64,000 nucleotides of DNA from Takakia lepidozioides (taxonomy: Eukaryota > Plantae > Bryophyta). The position numbers were made by a program, and so were the translations under genes. The first letter of the stretch is position 1. Each line of letters begins with the position of its first letter. The notes beneath the pieces were generated by a model. The model did no database searches and was not told the DNA's origin. It saw nothing but the letters and a program-made list of their open reading frames with translations. Shown piece by piece: positions 63,976-64,000 of the stretch. The DNA lies in assembly GCA_030704615.1 (NCBI GenBank), contig CM060734.1, forward strand, positions 12,772,001 through 12,836,000. Reading direction: 5' to 3'.

Positions 63976-64000
63976 CCTCACATACAAAATTTCCTTTGAT

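Overview
Eukaryotic, repeat-dense plant DNA. The repeat and retroelement style looks bryophyte/moss-like, but this is an inference. It is mostly nested, decayed transposons: L1-type LINE fragments, two truncated copies and three further LTR pieces of one chromodomain Ty3/Gypsy family, a CACTA end, MITEs and AT-rich repeat arrays. It also holds a tRNA-Ser pseudogene, a DRM-type C5 methyltransferase relic, an RPA1-like relic and a multi-exon coiled-coil host gene. The main finding is two diverged copies (A ~15.8-34.1 kb, B ~34.9-44.6 kb) of a large Mutator-like DNA transposon. In each, a GCM-like/DDE transposase (SWIM finger seen in A) is transcribed divergently from a spliced cargo gene. That gene fuses a ParB/Srx-like domain (VWDGNHR) to a bacterial-type beta-class N4/N6 DNA methyltransferase fold (DIPD ... 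VLDLxxGTG). Each copy carries its own 18-26 bp palindromic motif, seen only in non-coding parts (introns, intergenic array). In A the motif forms a 27-unit array phased at 53 bp. This suggests an element-specific 'parS-like site + ParB-MTase' self-marking or anti-silencing system. Both copies here are pseudogenised, and function is inferred, not shown.
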